DNA of 64,000 nt from an uncultured Solirubrobacterales bacterium (GTDB lineage: Bacteria; Actinomycetota; Thermoleophilia; Solirubrobacterales; Solirubrobacteraceae), in contig CAWILV010000004.1 of assembly GCA_963837135.1 (NCBI GenBank), positions 487,026 to 551,025 of the forward strand. The letters are read 5' to 3'. The position numbers and the translations under genes were made by a program. Each line of letters begins with the position of its first letter. Position 1 is the first letter of the stretch. Positions 1 through 8,321 of this stretch are shown here, piece by piece. Below the pieces are notes generated by a model. That model made no database searches and was not told the DNA's origin. It worked only from the letters and a program-made list of their open reading frames with translations.

Positions 1-1
1 C

Positions 2-574
2 GTCGCCTTTCAGGGTCTCGCCCACGACGGCGAGGATGGCCTTCAGGATGCGTGGCGGGAGTTCTCTGACTGGGCGGATGCCCAGACCCCGCAGGGCAGC
101 GGATTGCTTTGGTGGGAGACGGCGGCGGGCGCCGCTTCCTCGCTGCTGGTGTTCGCGCTGATCGCCGCCGCGGCCGAGCCCAGCCTGGGCGACGAGGAGA
201 TCGCCGCGATCGAGCAGGCCTACTTCCCCTGGATCGGCGCGTTGCACCTGCTGCTCGACAGCCTGATCGATCAAAAAGACGACGTGCAAGCCGGCCGCTA
301 CAGCCTCGTTGATCACTATGCCTCACCGCAGGAGCTGGCCGGCCGCCTGCAGGCGATCTCGGCCGCGGCGATGCGCGCGAGCGAGGCGCTCCCAAACGGC
401 TCCCAGCACGGGCTGATCCTCGCCGCGATGGCGAGCTTCTACCTCGCCCAGCCGGCGGCGTCGTCCCCCGCCGGCGCCCTCGCAAGAGCCAAGATTCTCG
501 CGACGCTGGGCGAGCGCGCGGTTCCCGCGATGTGGGTCTTCCGCCTGCTCCAAAGGCGACGTGGGAGCCTTTGA
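2..574 (+). CDS. DUF2600 / tetraprenyl-beta-curcumene synthase (YtpB)-like protein, C-terminal part; the 5' end lies outside the window
   Basis: Frame 2 is open from nt 2 to the TGA at 572-574 (track ORF 104..574). The acidic motif LLDSLIDQKDD resembles the DUF2600 family as I remember it. Family assignment is from memory only. Confidence 0.4.
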   Translation, partial: VAFQGLAHDGEDGLQDAWREFSDWADAQTPQGSGLLWWETAAGAASSLLVFALIAAAAEPSLGDEEIAAIEQAYFPWIGALHLLLDSLIDQKDDVQAGRYSLVDHYASPQELAGRLQAISAAAMRASEALPNGSQHGLILAAMASFYLAQPAASSPAGALARAKILATLGERAVPAMWVFRLLQRRRGSL

Positions 575-577
575 GCG

Positions 578-1087
578 ATGTACCACATCCAGCTGAGGCA
601 GTTTCCGAACAACATGTGCCACTTCAACATGACCGAGCGGGAGCTCCTCGACACCGTGGTCGAGGGCTGGGCCCGAGGGCAGTGGATCGAGATGGGCGAA
701 CGAAAATGGAACCCGCACCAGGCCAAACTGACGGTGCTGGAGGGGCCGGAGATTCCCGTCGAGCAGCTGTCGGTCGGTCGCGGTTGGCCCAAAGCACAGC
801 ACGAGGGCGAGGATGTGACCGAGCGCGTGCTGGCGCAGGCCAGGCAGGCCCAGCAGCAACCAGCGGTGGCCCCTCCGACCGCGCCGGCCGCACCCACGGC
901 ACGGCCCGCGCCAACCACACCGCCCGGCGCTCCGACGGAGCAACTGCAGCCGCTGCTCGGGCCTGACCCCGCGGCGCTGCTCGCAGCCTGGCGCCTGGCC
1001 GCCGAGCGCCGGCCCGAGCTAGTGCCGAGCGAGTCGCTCGCGCTGGCCGAAGCGACGTTGCGCTCGCTGGACGCCGGCGAGCGCTGA
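578..1087 (+). CDS. hypothetical protein: globular N-terminal domain, Pro/Ala-rich linker, helical C-terminus
   Basis: ATG at 578 lies 3 nt after the upstream stop. GGGAG sits about 10 nt upstream. Third codon positions are GC-rich. No family motif recognised. Confidence 0.55.
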   Translation: MYHIQLRQFPNNMCHFNMTERELLDTVVEGWARGQWIEMGERKWNPHQAKLTVLEGPEIPVEQLSVGRGWPKAQHEGEDVTERVLAQARQAQQQPAVAPPTAPAAPTARPAPTTPPGAPTEQLQPLLGPDPAALLAAWRLAAERRPELVPSESLALAEATLRSLDAGER

Positions 1088-1114
1088 GCCGACGCTACAC
1101 TCCGGGACGCCCGT

Positions 1115-1188
1115 GGTGGGCGTAGCTCAGCTGGTAGAGCTCCGGATTGTGGTTCCGGCGGTCGCGGGTTCGATCCCCGTCGCTCACC
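1115..1188 (+). tRNA. tRNA-His (anticodon GTG)
   Basis: Hand-folded cloverleaf. Acceptor GTGGGCG/CGCTCAC with one G-U pair. D arm GCTC-AGCTGGTA-GAGC. Anticodon arm CCGGA-TTGTGGT-TCCGG. T arm GCGGG-TTCGATC-CCCGT. Encoded G-1 (1115) lies opposite discriminator C (1188), the His identity element. CCA is not encoded. Confidence 0.9.
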
Positions 1189-1262
1189 CTCGAAGATCCC
1201 GTTGGTCACCCGAGTCGCTGTGATGTCCGTGGCGCGGTTCGCCGATCGGCTGGGTGCCGGCT

Positions 1263-2021
1263 TTATCGGACTGTTGCTCGCCGGTGCTCTGTGAAGAGTG
1301 TGAGCGCGTAGCGCCCGGCGGGGTGCTCGCGTGCTCGCTTTACGAACTCCACCACGGCGGGCGTGAACGCATCCAGTGGCGGCAGCGCCACCCCGTACTC
1401 CGGTGGAACGACAATTGGAGCAGACAGCGCCGCGAACGTCAGATCGGCCGCACCGAACCGCTCACCACACAACCAGGTACGGCCGTCCGCGAGCAGATCT
1501 GCGACGAAGTCAAGCTCGCGCCAAACCGCCGCCTCATCCGCGAGCTCGACCCCACGGGTGATCTGGAGCTTGCGATGGATGACGCGCTTGGCCAGCGGCC
1601 ATCCGTGGCGGATTGCGCGGTCCTCCCAGGCAGGCACACCCTGGTTGTTGAATTTCAACGCGACCTCGTGTTGAGCGAACACCTGCACATACATCAGCCG
1701 TCGCCCCTTGGGCCCGAGCTCTCCATCCAACCGCCGGCAGAGACTCTCGACCTGATCGCGCTCACGGCCCTGCGCCGGAAACAGCCGGTGCTCAGCGGGC
1801 GTGCGCACATCGACCCAGTGCAGGATGTCCGCTGAGTCGGTGATCGAACCGTCAGGCGTCACGAGCACGGGAACCGTTTTCCCGCCTCCCGCGCGTCGTG
1901 CGGCGAGCATGTGGATGCCCTGTACGTGGCGCTCCTCGCTGTAGGGGATCGACACGCGCTCCAGTGCCCACCGCGCCTTTTCGCAGTAGTGACTGATCGG
2001 GATCGTGATGAGTCGCAACAA
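1263..2021 (-). CDS. glutathione S-transferase family protein
   Basis: 252-aa ORF. The N-terminal thioredoxin-like segment (MLRLITIPISHYCEKARWALE...) and the C-terminal helical domain are typical of GST-like proteins. Confidence 0.6.
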   Translation of the reverse strand: MLRLITIPISHYCEKARWALERVSIPYSEERHVQGIHMLAARRAGGGKTVPVLVTPDGSITDSADILHWVDVRTPAEHRLFPAQGRERDQVESLCRRLDGELGPKGRRLMYVQVFAQHEVALKFNNQGVPAWEDRAIRHGWPLAKRVIHRKLQITRGVELADEAAVWRELDFVADLLADGRTWLCGERFGAADLTFAALSAPIVVPPEYGVALPPLDAFTPAVVEFVKRAREHPAGRYALTLFTEHRRATVR

Positions 2022-2161
2022 GCACGTGAGTATGCCTGCTCGAGATGTGGGCGACGGCCGACCCCTGTCGAGAGTGTTGCCAGGGTGCGCAGTGGCTCAG
2101 TCGATATGCTCGCGACGCGTCAGCGTCTAGCCGGCGCTTATGTAATTGCTGTTGGCGGTCG

Positions 2162-4060
2162 ATGTTCAGGGCGATGTCGGGGTCGAGCGCTAACAACGGC
2201 GAGTCATATCCTGCGCAGCCGCAGGCGGCTCGCAGCGATCCGCGGACGGCTGACGAGGATCTTCGTCGTCTCGGCGAGGCACTCAACGAGCGTACGGAGG
2301 ACGTCCTGGAGAGAATCCTTGCGCGCAACGTCGCTTCGGGTCAAACGCTCGACGCGATGGTGGAGGACTCCTTCGCGCGGGTCGGCACGGTTTCCACGAT
2401 CGCGGTTGCACGGTGGATGGCAGGCGAGCCGCCGGAGGTGGCCCGTGAGGTTGGTAAGGAGTCTTGGCAGATCTTTGGTCAGCTCGCCGTTCAACGCGCC
2501 GCCGCGCTGAACGAGGTCACCAAGCGTTGCCTGCGTTGGTGTGACGCCGCGAGTGAAGTCGTACGTGAGAGCGCCGCGGCACTCGGGACTTCGCCTGAGA
2601 CGCTGCTCCAGGCGCTGGCGATGTTGCAGCGCAGCCTCAACGTGACGCTCGTGCGGATGTGCGAGTCCTTCGACAGCGAGCGCAAGCTCGCGGACGAGCA
2701 GCTCGAACACCGCCAGGAGGAGCTCGCGTTCCTGGCCACCCACGACCCCTTGACCGGGCTCCCGAACCGCACTCTGATCTTGGATCGCGTCGAGCAGATG
2801 CTCGCCCGCTCGCGTCGGAACCAGACGCCGGTGGCGGCGCTGTTCGTCGATCTCGACAACTTCAAGTCGATCAACGACACGCTCGGTCACGAGGTCGGCG
2901 ACGAACTTCTGCGAGCGGTCGCCGCAAGGCTGGACGGTGTCGTGCGCGCAACTGACGCATTCGGTCGTCTCGGGGGCGATGAGTTCGTCGTGGTCTCCGA
3001 GGAACTGTCGCTGTCGGCGGGTCCCGAGCTGATCGCGGAGCGGCTGATCGAAGCGCTCAAAGAGCCATTCAAGCTCGGATCCGACGAAGAGACTCGTTTG
3101 ACGGTGACGGCGAGTATCGGGATCGCCTCCGGTGACCGGACGGCGCCGGCAGACCTCCTGCGCGATGCGGACATCGCGATGTACAGGGCTAAGTGGGACG
3201 GCAAGAACCGCTACGTCGTCTTCGAGACCGGCATGCAGGACGCTGTGCAGACTCGGATGGAGCTCGAGATGGACCTGCGCGTCGCGCTGGAAAACGAAGA
3301 GTTCTCGCTTGTCTACCAGCCCACGTTTGACCTGAGCGACATGAGTCCCACAGGGGTCGAGGCCTTGATCCGCTGGAACAGTCCCACGCGAGGGACCGTC
3401 CAGCCGGACGACTTCATCCCGCTGCTGGAGGAGACCGGCCTGATCACGCAGATCGGCAAGTGGGTCCTCGAGGAGGCCTGCAGGCAGGGTGCCGCATGGA
3501 GAGCGGCCGGGCACAGGATCGGGATGGCCGTCAACGTCTCGGCACGCCAGCTCGATACCGATCAGCTGATCGGTGACATCGAGAGCGCACTTTCAGAGAG
3601 CGGCCTGGACCCGGGAGCACTGACGATCGAGATCACCGAGACAACGCTGATGCGTAACGCTGACGAGACCGCCCGCCGGCTCACCACGATCAAGGAGCTC
3701 GGCGTGCGGATTGCGATCGACGACTTCGGGACGGGCTATTCATCGTTGGCCCACCTGCAGAAGTTCCCGGTGGATGCGCTGAAGATCGATCGCTCGTTCA
3801 TCTCGGGTCTCACCAACAAGGGGGAGGGCGAGGCCCTGATCCATACACTTGTGCAGCTCGGCAAGGCGCTCTCGATCGAGACGCTCGCCGAGGGTATCGA
3901 GCAAACACAGGAGCTCTCACTGCTCCGCGACGAGCGATGCGACAGCGGACAGGGTTTCCTATTCGCACGACCCCTCGACGTAGCCGCGACCGAGGCATTC
4001 CTCGAAAGCTGCGCCACCGATATCGCACCCGCACTGGTGCGAGCGCCCAAGCCTGCCTAA
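2162..4060 (+). CDS. bifunctional diguanylate cyclase/phosphodiesterase (GGDEF-EAL) with an uncharacterised helical N-terminal sensor region
   Basis: GGDEF motif RLGGDEFVV. EAL-domain motifs EALIRW, DDFGTGYSS, KIDRSF and QGFLFARP. Start set at the first ATG (2162) inside track ORF 2045..4060; ATG 2174 is also possible. Confidence 0.9.
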   Translation: MFRAMSGSSANNGESYPAQPQAARSDPRTADEDLRRLGEALNERTEDVLERILARNVASGQTLDAMVEDSFARVGTVSTIAVARWMAGEPPEVAREVGKESWQIFGQLAVQRAAALNEVTKRCLRWCDAASEVVRESAAALGTSPETLLQALAMLQRSLNVTLVRMCESFDSERKLADEQLEHRQEELAFLATHDPLTGLPNRTLILDRVEQMLARSRRNQTPVAALFVDLDNFKSINDTLGHEVGDELLRAVAARLDGVVRATDAFGRLGGDEFVVVSEELSLSAGPELIAERLIEALKEPFKLGSDEETRLTVTASIGIASGDRTAPADLLRDADIAMYRAKWDGKNRYVVFETGMQDAVQTRMELEMDLRVALENEEFSLVYQPTFDLSDMSPTGVEALIRWNSPTRGTVQPDDFIPLLEETGLITQIGKWVLEEACRQGAAWRAAGHRIGMAVNVSARQLDTDQLIGDIESALSESGLDPGALTIEITETTLMRNADETARRLTTIKELGVRIAIDDFGTGYSSLAHLQKFPVDALKIDRSFISGLTNKGEGEALIHTLVQLGKALSIETLAEGIEQTQELSLLRDERCDSGQGFLFARPLDVAATEAFLESCATDIAPALVRAPKPA

Positions 4061-4076
4061 CCTCTGCACAGGATCT

Positions 4077-4120
4077 GTTGCACGCGAGCAACGGCGCCGT
4101 TGCACGCGAGCAACGGCGCC
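4077..4120. repeat. perfect tandem duplication of the 22-bp unit GTTGCACGCGAGCAACGGCGCC; each unit contains the inverted repeat GTTGC-N6-GCAAC
   Basis: Read directly: 4077-4098 is identical to 4099-4120. It lies in the 170-nt spacer between the GGDEF-EAL stop (4060) and murE. Confidence 0.95.
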
Positions 4121-4230
4121 GCGCAGCTCCTGTTCGACTTCGTGGCGTCCTAAATTCCGGCAGCGGTTCGCGGGAGGGCCGCCGGGGGCAGAAACTAGAC
4201 TGGGTGGGTGCTGCCGCGGGAGATCGGAGG

Positions 4231-5778
4231 ATGAGACTCGACGAGGTGATCGCCGGCGGCGAAGGTGAGGTTCAGAATGCTCAGGGCGACGGCGCCGCGG
4301 TCGAGATCACAAGCCTCGCCTACGACAGCCGCGCGGTGCGTCCCGGGAGCCTGTTTTTCTGCGTGAAGGGCTTTCAGAGCGATGGGCACGACTTCGCCGC
4401 GCAGGCGGCGGCGCGCGGGGCGGCGGCGCTCGTCGTCGAGCGTCCCCTGGGCCTCGGTGTGCCCGAGGTGCTGGTCTCCTCCGCGCGCGTCGCGATGGGC
4501 CCGGCGGCGGTTCGCTTTTACGGAGATCCGAGCGCATCGCTGAGGGTTGTGGGTGTGACGGGGACGAACGGGAAGACGACGACGGCGTTCCTGTTGAAGG
4601 CGCTGTTGGAGGCGACCGATCTGGGCTCTTGCGGGCTGCTGGGGACCGTCAAGTCGGTGATCGGTGGGGTGGAGCACTCTGTCAGCCGGACCACCCCCGA
4701 GGCGATCGACCTGCAGGCGGATTTCCGCGCGATGCTCGACGGCGGCGACGTGGCCTGTGCGATCGAGGTCTCCTCGCACGCGCTGGAGTTGGGCCGCGCC
4801 GAGGGCATCCACTTCGCGGCGGCGATCTTCACGAACCTCACGCAGGATCACTTGGACTTCCACGGGAGCATGGAGGACTACTTCCAGGCCAAGCGGCGGC
4901 TATTTGACGCTCATCCCGGGGTTAGCGTCGTAAATGTTGGCGATCGTTACGGGCGGCGGCTTGCGCAGGAGATCGATCGGGCGGTCACGTTCGCGGTCGA
5001 GGGCGAGGGCGACTACCGCGCCACGGATCTGCGCTGCGATATCGAGGGGTGCCGCTTCGTGTTGCACACGCCCGCCGGTGAGCTCGAGGTCGCGCTGCCG
5101 ATGCCGGGGCGCTTCAACGTAGCTAATGCCCTCGGCGCACTGGCGGCCGTGCACGCGCTGGGGGGCGATCTGGAGGTGTTGGCCGGAGCGCTGGAGCGGG
5201 GGGTGAGCGTTCCCGGGCGGATGGAGTCGGTGGACGGGGGCCAGGACTTCGCGGTGCTTGTGGACTACGCGCATACGCCCGACTCGCTGGAGAACGTGCT
5301 CAGCGCGGCCCGCGAGCTGACGAGCACGGGCGAGCACGGGAAAGGGCGCGTTGTGTGCGTGTTCGGCGCCGGGGGCGACCGCGACCGTGGCAAGCGGCCG
5401 CTGATGGGCGCGATCGGTACGCGCTTGGCGGACGTTCTGCTCATCACCTCCGACAACCCACGCTCGGAGGACCCGGACGCGATCATCGCCGAGATCTTCG
5501 CGGGGGCTGCGGGAGCGGTCGGACCGGAGGGCGCACAGCCAATCGCGTCGATCCCCGACCGCAGGGAGGCGATCTTCCGAGCGATCGCGGGCGCCACGAC
5601 GGGAGATGTCGTGGTGATCGCGGGCAAGGGCCACGAGCAGGGCCAGGAGCTCGCGGATGCGCACAAGCTGCCGTTCGACGATGTGGATGTCGCCCGGGAC
5701 GCGCTTCGCGTCAGGTTCAACACCGAGGACATCTACTCCTATCCGCCCACCGAAGCGCCGACTGGAGCGGGCAAGTGA
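4231..5778 (+). CDS. murE: UDP-N-acetylmuramoyl-L-alanyl-D-glutamate--2,6-diaminopimelate ligase
   Basis: Mur ligase motifs GVTGTNGKTTT and the DNPR motif (ITSDNPRSEDP) typical of meso-DAP-adding MurE. Start ATG 4231 (GTG 4204 possible) within track ORF 3937..5778. Confidence 0.93.
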   Translation: MRLDEVIAGGEGEVQNAQGDGAAVEITSLAYDSRAVRPGSLFFCVKGFQSDGHDFAAQAAARGAAALVVERPLGLGVPEVLVSSARVAMGPAAVRFYGDPSASLRVVGVTGTNGKTTTAFLLKALLEATDLGSCGLLGTVKSVIGGVEHSVSRTTPEAIDLQADFRAMLDGGDVACAIEVSSHALELGRAEGIHFAAAIFTNLTQDHLDFHGSMEDYFQAKRRLFDAHPGVSVVNVGDRYGRRLAQEIDRAVTFAVEGEGDYRATDLRCDIEGCRFVLHTPAGELEVALPMPGRFNVANALGALAAVHALGGDLEVLAGALERGVSVPGRMESVDGGQDFAVLVDYAHTPDSLENVLSAARELTSTGEHGKGRVVCVFGAGGDRDRGKRPLMGAIGTRLADVLLITSDNPRSEDPDAIIAEIFAGAAGAVGPEGAQPIASIPDRREAIFRAIAGATTGDVVVIAGKGHEQGQELADAHKLPFDDVDVARDALRVRFNTEDIYSYPPTEAPTGAGK

Positions 5779-7349
5779 GGGAATGGAACCCCGCGCGTAT
5801 CGCGCAGGCGGCCGGCGCAAGGCTGATAGCGGAGCCATCTCCCAGTGCGCCATCCTCCACACTGGGAGATGAGCCGGGGCCGAGACGGGTGGTGATCGAC
5901 TCCCGCGCGGTGGCGCGGGGAGATCTATTCGTCGGCCTGCGCGGCGAGCGGCAAGACGGGGGCGAGTACGGAGCGCAGGCGTTGGCCGCGGGCGCGTGGG
6001 GGGTGCTGGTGGCGGATGAGCACGCCGAGCGGGCACTGGCAGCGGCTCTGGCCGGGCCGGGCGGGGCGGTGCTCGTACACCCCGATCCGCTGCGGGGCCT
6101 GCAGGCGCTCGCCCGCGAATGGCGGCGAGAGTTGGGAGTGCGAGGAGCGCAGGTCGTGGCGGTCACAGGCTCGACCGGAAAGACCTCGACGAAGGACATC
6201 CTGGCGGCGGTGCTGGGTGCTCAGAGGCGGACCGTGGCGAGCAGCGAGAACCTGAACACGGAGATCGGGCTGCCACTGTCGGTGCTCACGGCGCCCGGGG
6301 ACACCGAGGTGCTGGTGCTGGAGCTGGCGATGCGTGGCGCGGGGCAGATCGCGGAGCTGACAGCGATCGCCGAGCCCGACGTCGGTGTGATCGTGAACGT
6401 GGGGCCCGTGCACCTGGAGCTGCTGGGCTCGATCGAGGCGATCGCGGCGGCGAAGGCGGAGCTGATCGCCGGCATTGCCAGTGGCGCCACGGTGGTGATT
6501 CCGGCGCGAGAGCCGCTGCTTGAGCAACACCGCCGCGCGGATCTGCGCACGGTTACGTTCGGCGAGGGCGGCGACGTGGTGCTGGAGGAGCAGGCCCGGC
6601 CCGGGGGGATGGGAGTTGGCGCAACGGTGCCGGACGGCGCGGAAGAGAACGCGGAGATAGGCGCTGACGGCTACGTCTACGGGGAGGTCACGATTCGCCA
6701 CGAAACGCAGCGGATGACGCTGCGGCCGTCGTTTACGCAGGCTCACAACCTGAGCAACCTACTGGCCGCGGTGGCCGCCGCGCGGGCGCTCGGCGTCACT
6801 CCGGAGGGGAACCTCGAGGTGCGCTTCTCGGCGCTGCGCGGTGAGCGGATCGCGCTACCCGGCGGGATCGTTTTGGTCAACGACTGCTACAACGCCAACC
6901 CGATGTCCATGCGCGCCGCGATCGAGGACTTGACGAAAACTGCAACGGCGCGCCGGGTGGCCGTGCTGGGAGACATGCTCGAGCTCGGCCCCGAGGCAGG
7001 GCCTGGCCTGCACCGTGAGGTGGGTGCGTACGCGAGCATGCACGGCGTCGATCTGCTCGTGACGGTCGGTCCCCTGGCCGCCGAGATGGCGGGGGCGTTC
7101 GGCGGCGAGGCGCACTGCGTGCCCGACGCGCAGGCGGCCGGCGAACTGCTCGGAGGGATGCTGCGCGAGGGTGACACGGTGCTCGTGAAGGGCTCGCGCG
7201 GCGTCGGGCTGGAGCGCGTGGCTCAGATGCTCGAAGCTGAAGGCGAGGCGCACGCGGGCGGCCCGCGTCACGAGCAGCGCGGGCAGGCCGTGGATCTGGG
7301 CGAGCGGTGGGGCGAGCGGGGCTCCAATCATCCGGCGGGAAGGCGCTGA
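5775..7349 (+). CDS. murF: UDP-N-acetylmuramoyl-tripeptide--D-alanyl-D-alanine ligase
   Basis: VTGSTGKTSTKD P-loop and the LVKGSRG C-terminal motif. The GTG start at 5775 overlaps the murE stop (GTGA). About 35 aa of charged C-terminal tail. Confidence 0.9.
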   Translation: MREWNPARIAQAAGARLIAEPSPSAPSSTLGDEPGPRRVVIDSRAVARGDLFVGLRGERQDGGEYGAQALAAGAWGVLVADEHAERALAAALAGPGGAVLVHPDPLRGLQALAREWRRELGVRGAQVVAVTGSTGKTSTKDILAAVLGAQRRTVASSENLNTEIGLPLSVLTAPGDTEVLVLELAMRGAGQIAELTAIAEPDVGVIVNVGPVHLELLGSIEAIAAAKAELIAGIASGATVVIPAREPLLEQHRRADLRTVTFGEGGDVVLEEQARPGGMGVGATVPDGAEENAEIGADGYVYGEVTIRHETQRMTLRPSFTQAHNLSNLLAAVAAARALGVTPEGNLEVRFSALRGERIALPGGIVLVNDCYNANPMSMRAAIEDLTKTATARRVAVLGDMLELGPEAGPGLHREVGAYASMHGVDLLVTVGPLAAEMAGAFGGEAHCVPDAQAAGELLGGMLREGDTVLVKGSRGVGLERVAQMLEAEGEAHAGGPRHEQRGQAVDLGERWGERGSNHPAGRR

Positions 7350-8321
7350 ATGGGCCGCATTCTGATCGGGGGGACGGCGGCGCTGTTGATCTGCATCTTC
7401 CTGAGCCCGAAGTTCATCGCGTTTTTGCGAGAGCGCGAGTTCGGACAGCAGATCCGCGAGGACGGCCCTGAGGGGCATCACATCAAGGCGGGCACACCGA
7501 CGATGGGCGGCGTGCTGATCTTCCTGGCGGTCTCTGTGCCGTTTTTGATCCTGAGCGACTATGAATGGCGCTCGATCGGAGTCTTCGGCGTGGCGATCGC
7601 GTGCGCGCTGCTGGGCTTCGCCGACGACTACATCAAGCTCGTTAGGCGCCGCTCGCTCGGGTTGCGCGCGCGGACGAAGCTCGTCGTGACGATTGCGATC
7701 TCGCTCGCGCTGTGGTACGTCGCCGAACGGGAGGCGCACCTCGCGCCGACGCTGCGGCTGCGGTTCGTCGACTACCAGATCGATCTCGGAATCTTCTATC
7801 CGGTGCTGATCTACTTCGTCGTGGCGGGCACGACCAGCGCGGTGAACCTGACGGACGGGCTGGACGGCCTCGCGGCAGGCTGCGCGGCGATCGTGCTGCT
7901 CGCCTACATCGGAATCACCTTCATAACCGGAGCGGACCTCGACATGGCGATGCTCGCGGGCTGTCTGGTGGGGGCGTGCGTCGGCTTTTTGTGGTTCAAC
8001 GCGTTCCCGGCGACGATCTTCATGGGCGATACCGGCTCACTCGGACTCGGGGGCGCGATCGCGGGCCTGGCGGTGATGACGAAGACCGAGGTGTTGTTGA
8101 TATTGCTCGGTGGGATCTTCGTGATCGAGGCGCTGTCGGTCGTAATCCAGGTGATTTCGTTTCAGACGATGCGCAAACGCGTGTTCCTGATGGCGCCGAT
8201 CCACCACCACTTCGAGCTGAAGGCTTGGTCTGAGACGAAGATCATCCTGCGCTTCTGGATCGTCGCCTCGATCTGCTGCGCGATCGGCTTCACTATCTAC
8301 CGCCAGAGCAGGGGCGGGTGA
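7350..8321 (+). CDS. mraY: phospho-N-acetylmuramoyl-pentapeptide transferase
   Basis: Polytopic membrane protein with GTPTMGG, NLTDGLDGLA and MGDTGSLGLGG motifs. ATG directly follows the murF stop. Confidence 0.95.
   Translation: MGRILIGGTAALLICIFLSPKFIAFLREREFGQQIREDGPEGHHIKAGTPTMGGVLIFLAVSVPFLILSDYEWRSIGVFGVAIACALLGFADDYIKLVRRRSLGLRARTKLVVTIAISLALWYVAEREAHLAPTLRLRFVDYQIDLGIFYPVLIYFVVAGTTSAVNLTDGLDGLAAGCAAIVLLAYIGITFITGADLDMAMLAGCLVGACVGFLWFNAFPATIFMGDTGSLGLGGAIAGLAVMTKTEVLLILLGGIFVIEALSVVIQVISFQTMRKRVFLMAPIHHHFELKAWSETKIILRFWIVASICCAIGFTIYRQSRGG

Noticed and set aside
1115-2161. tRNA-His as an integration site for a genomic island (GST, GGDEF-EAL).
   Set aside because: No integrase or recombinase gene is present. 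I could not see a direct repeat of the tRNA 3' end. There is no obvious composition shift.
7240-7349. Recurrent charged or low-complexity C-terminal tails (MurF, FtsW, RibBA, Der, GT2, Def) as a possible functional module.
   Set aside because: The tails share no sequence motif. Stop-codon scarcity in GC-rich genomes readily produces such extensions, and they cannot be judged without orthologue alignment.
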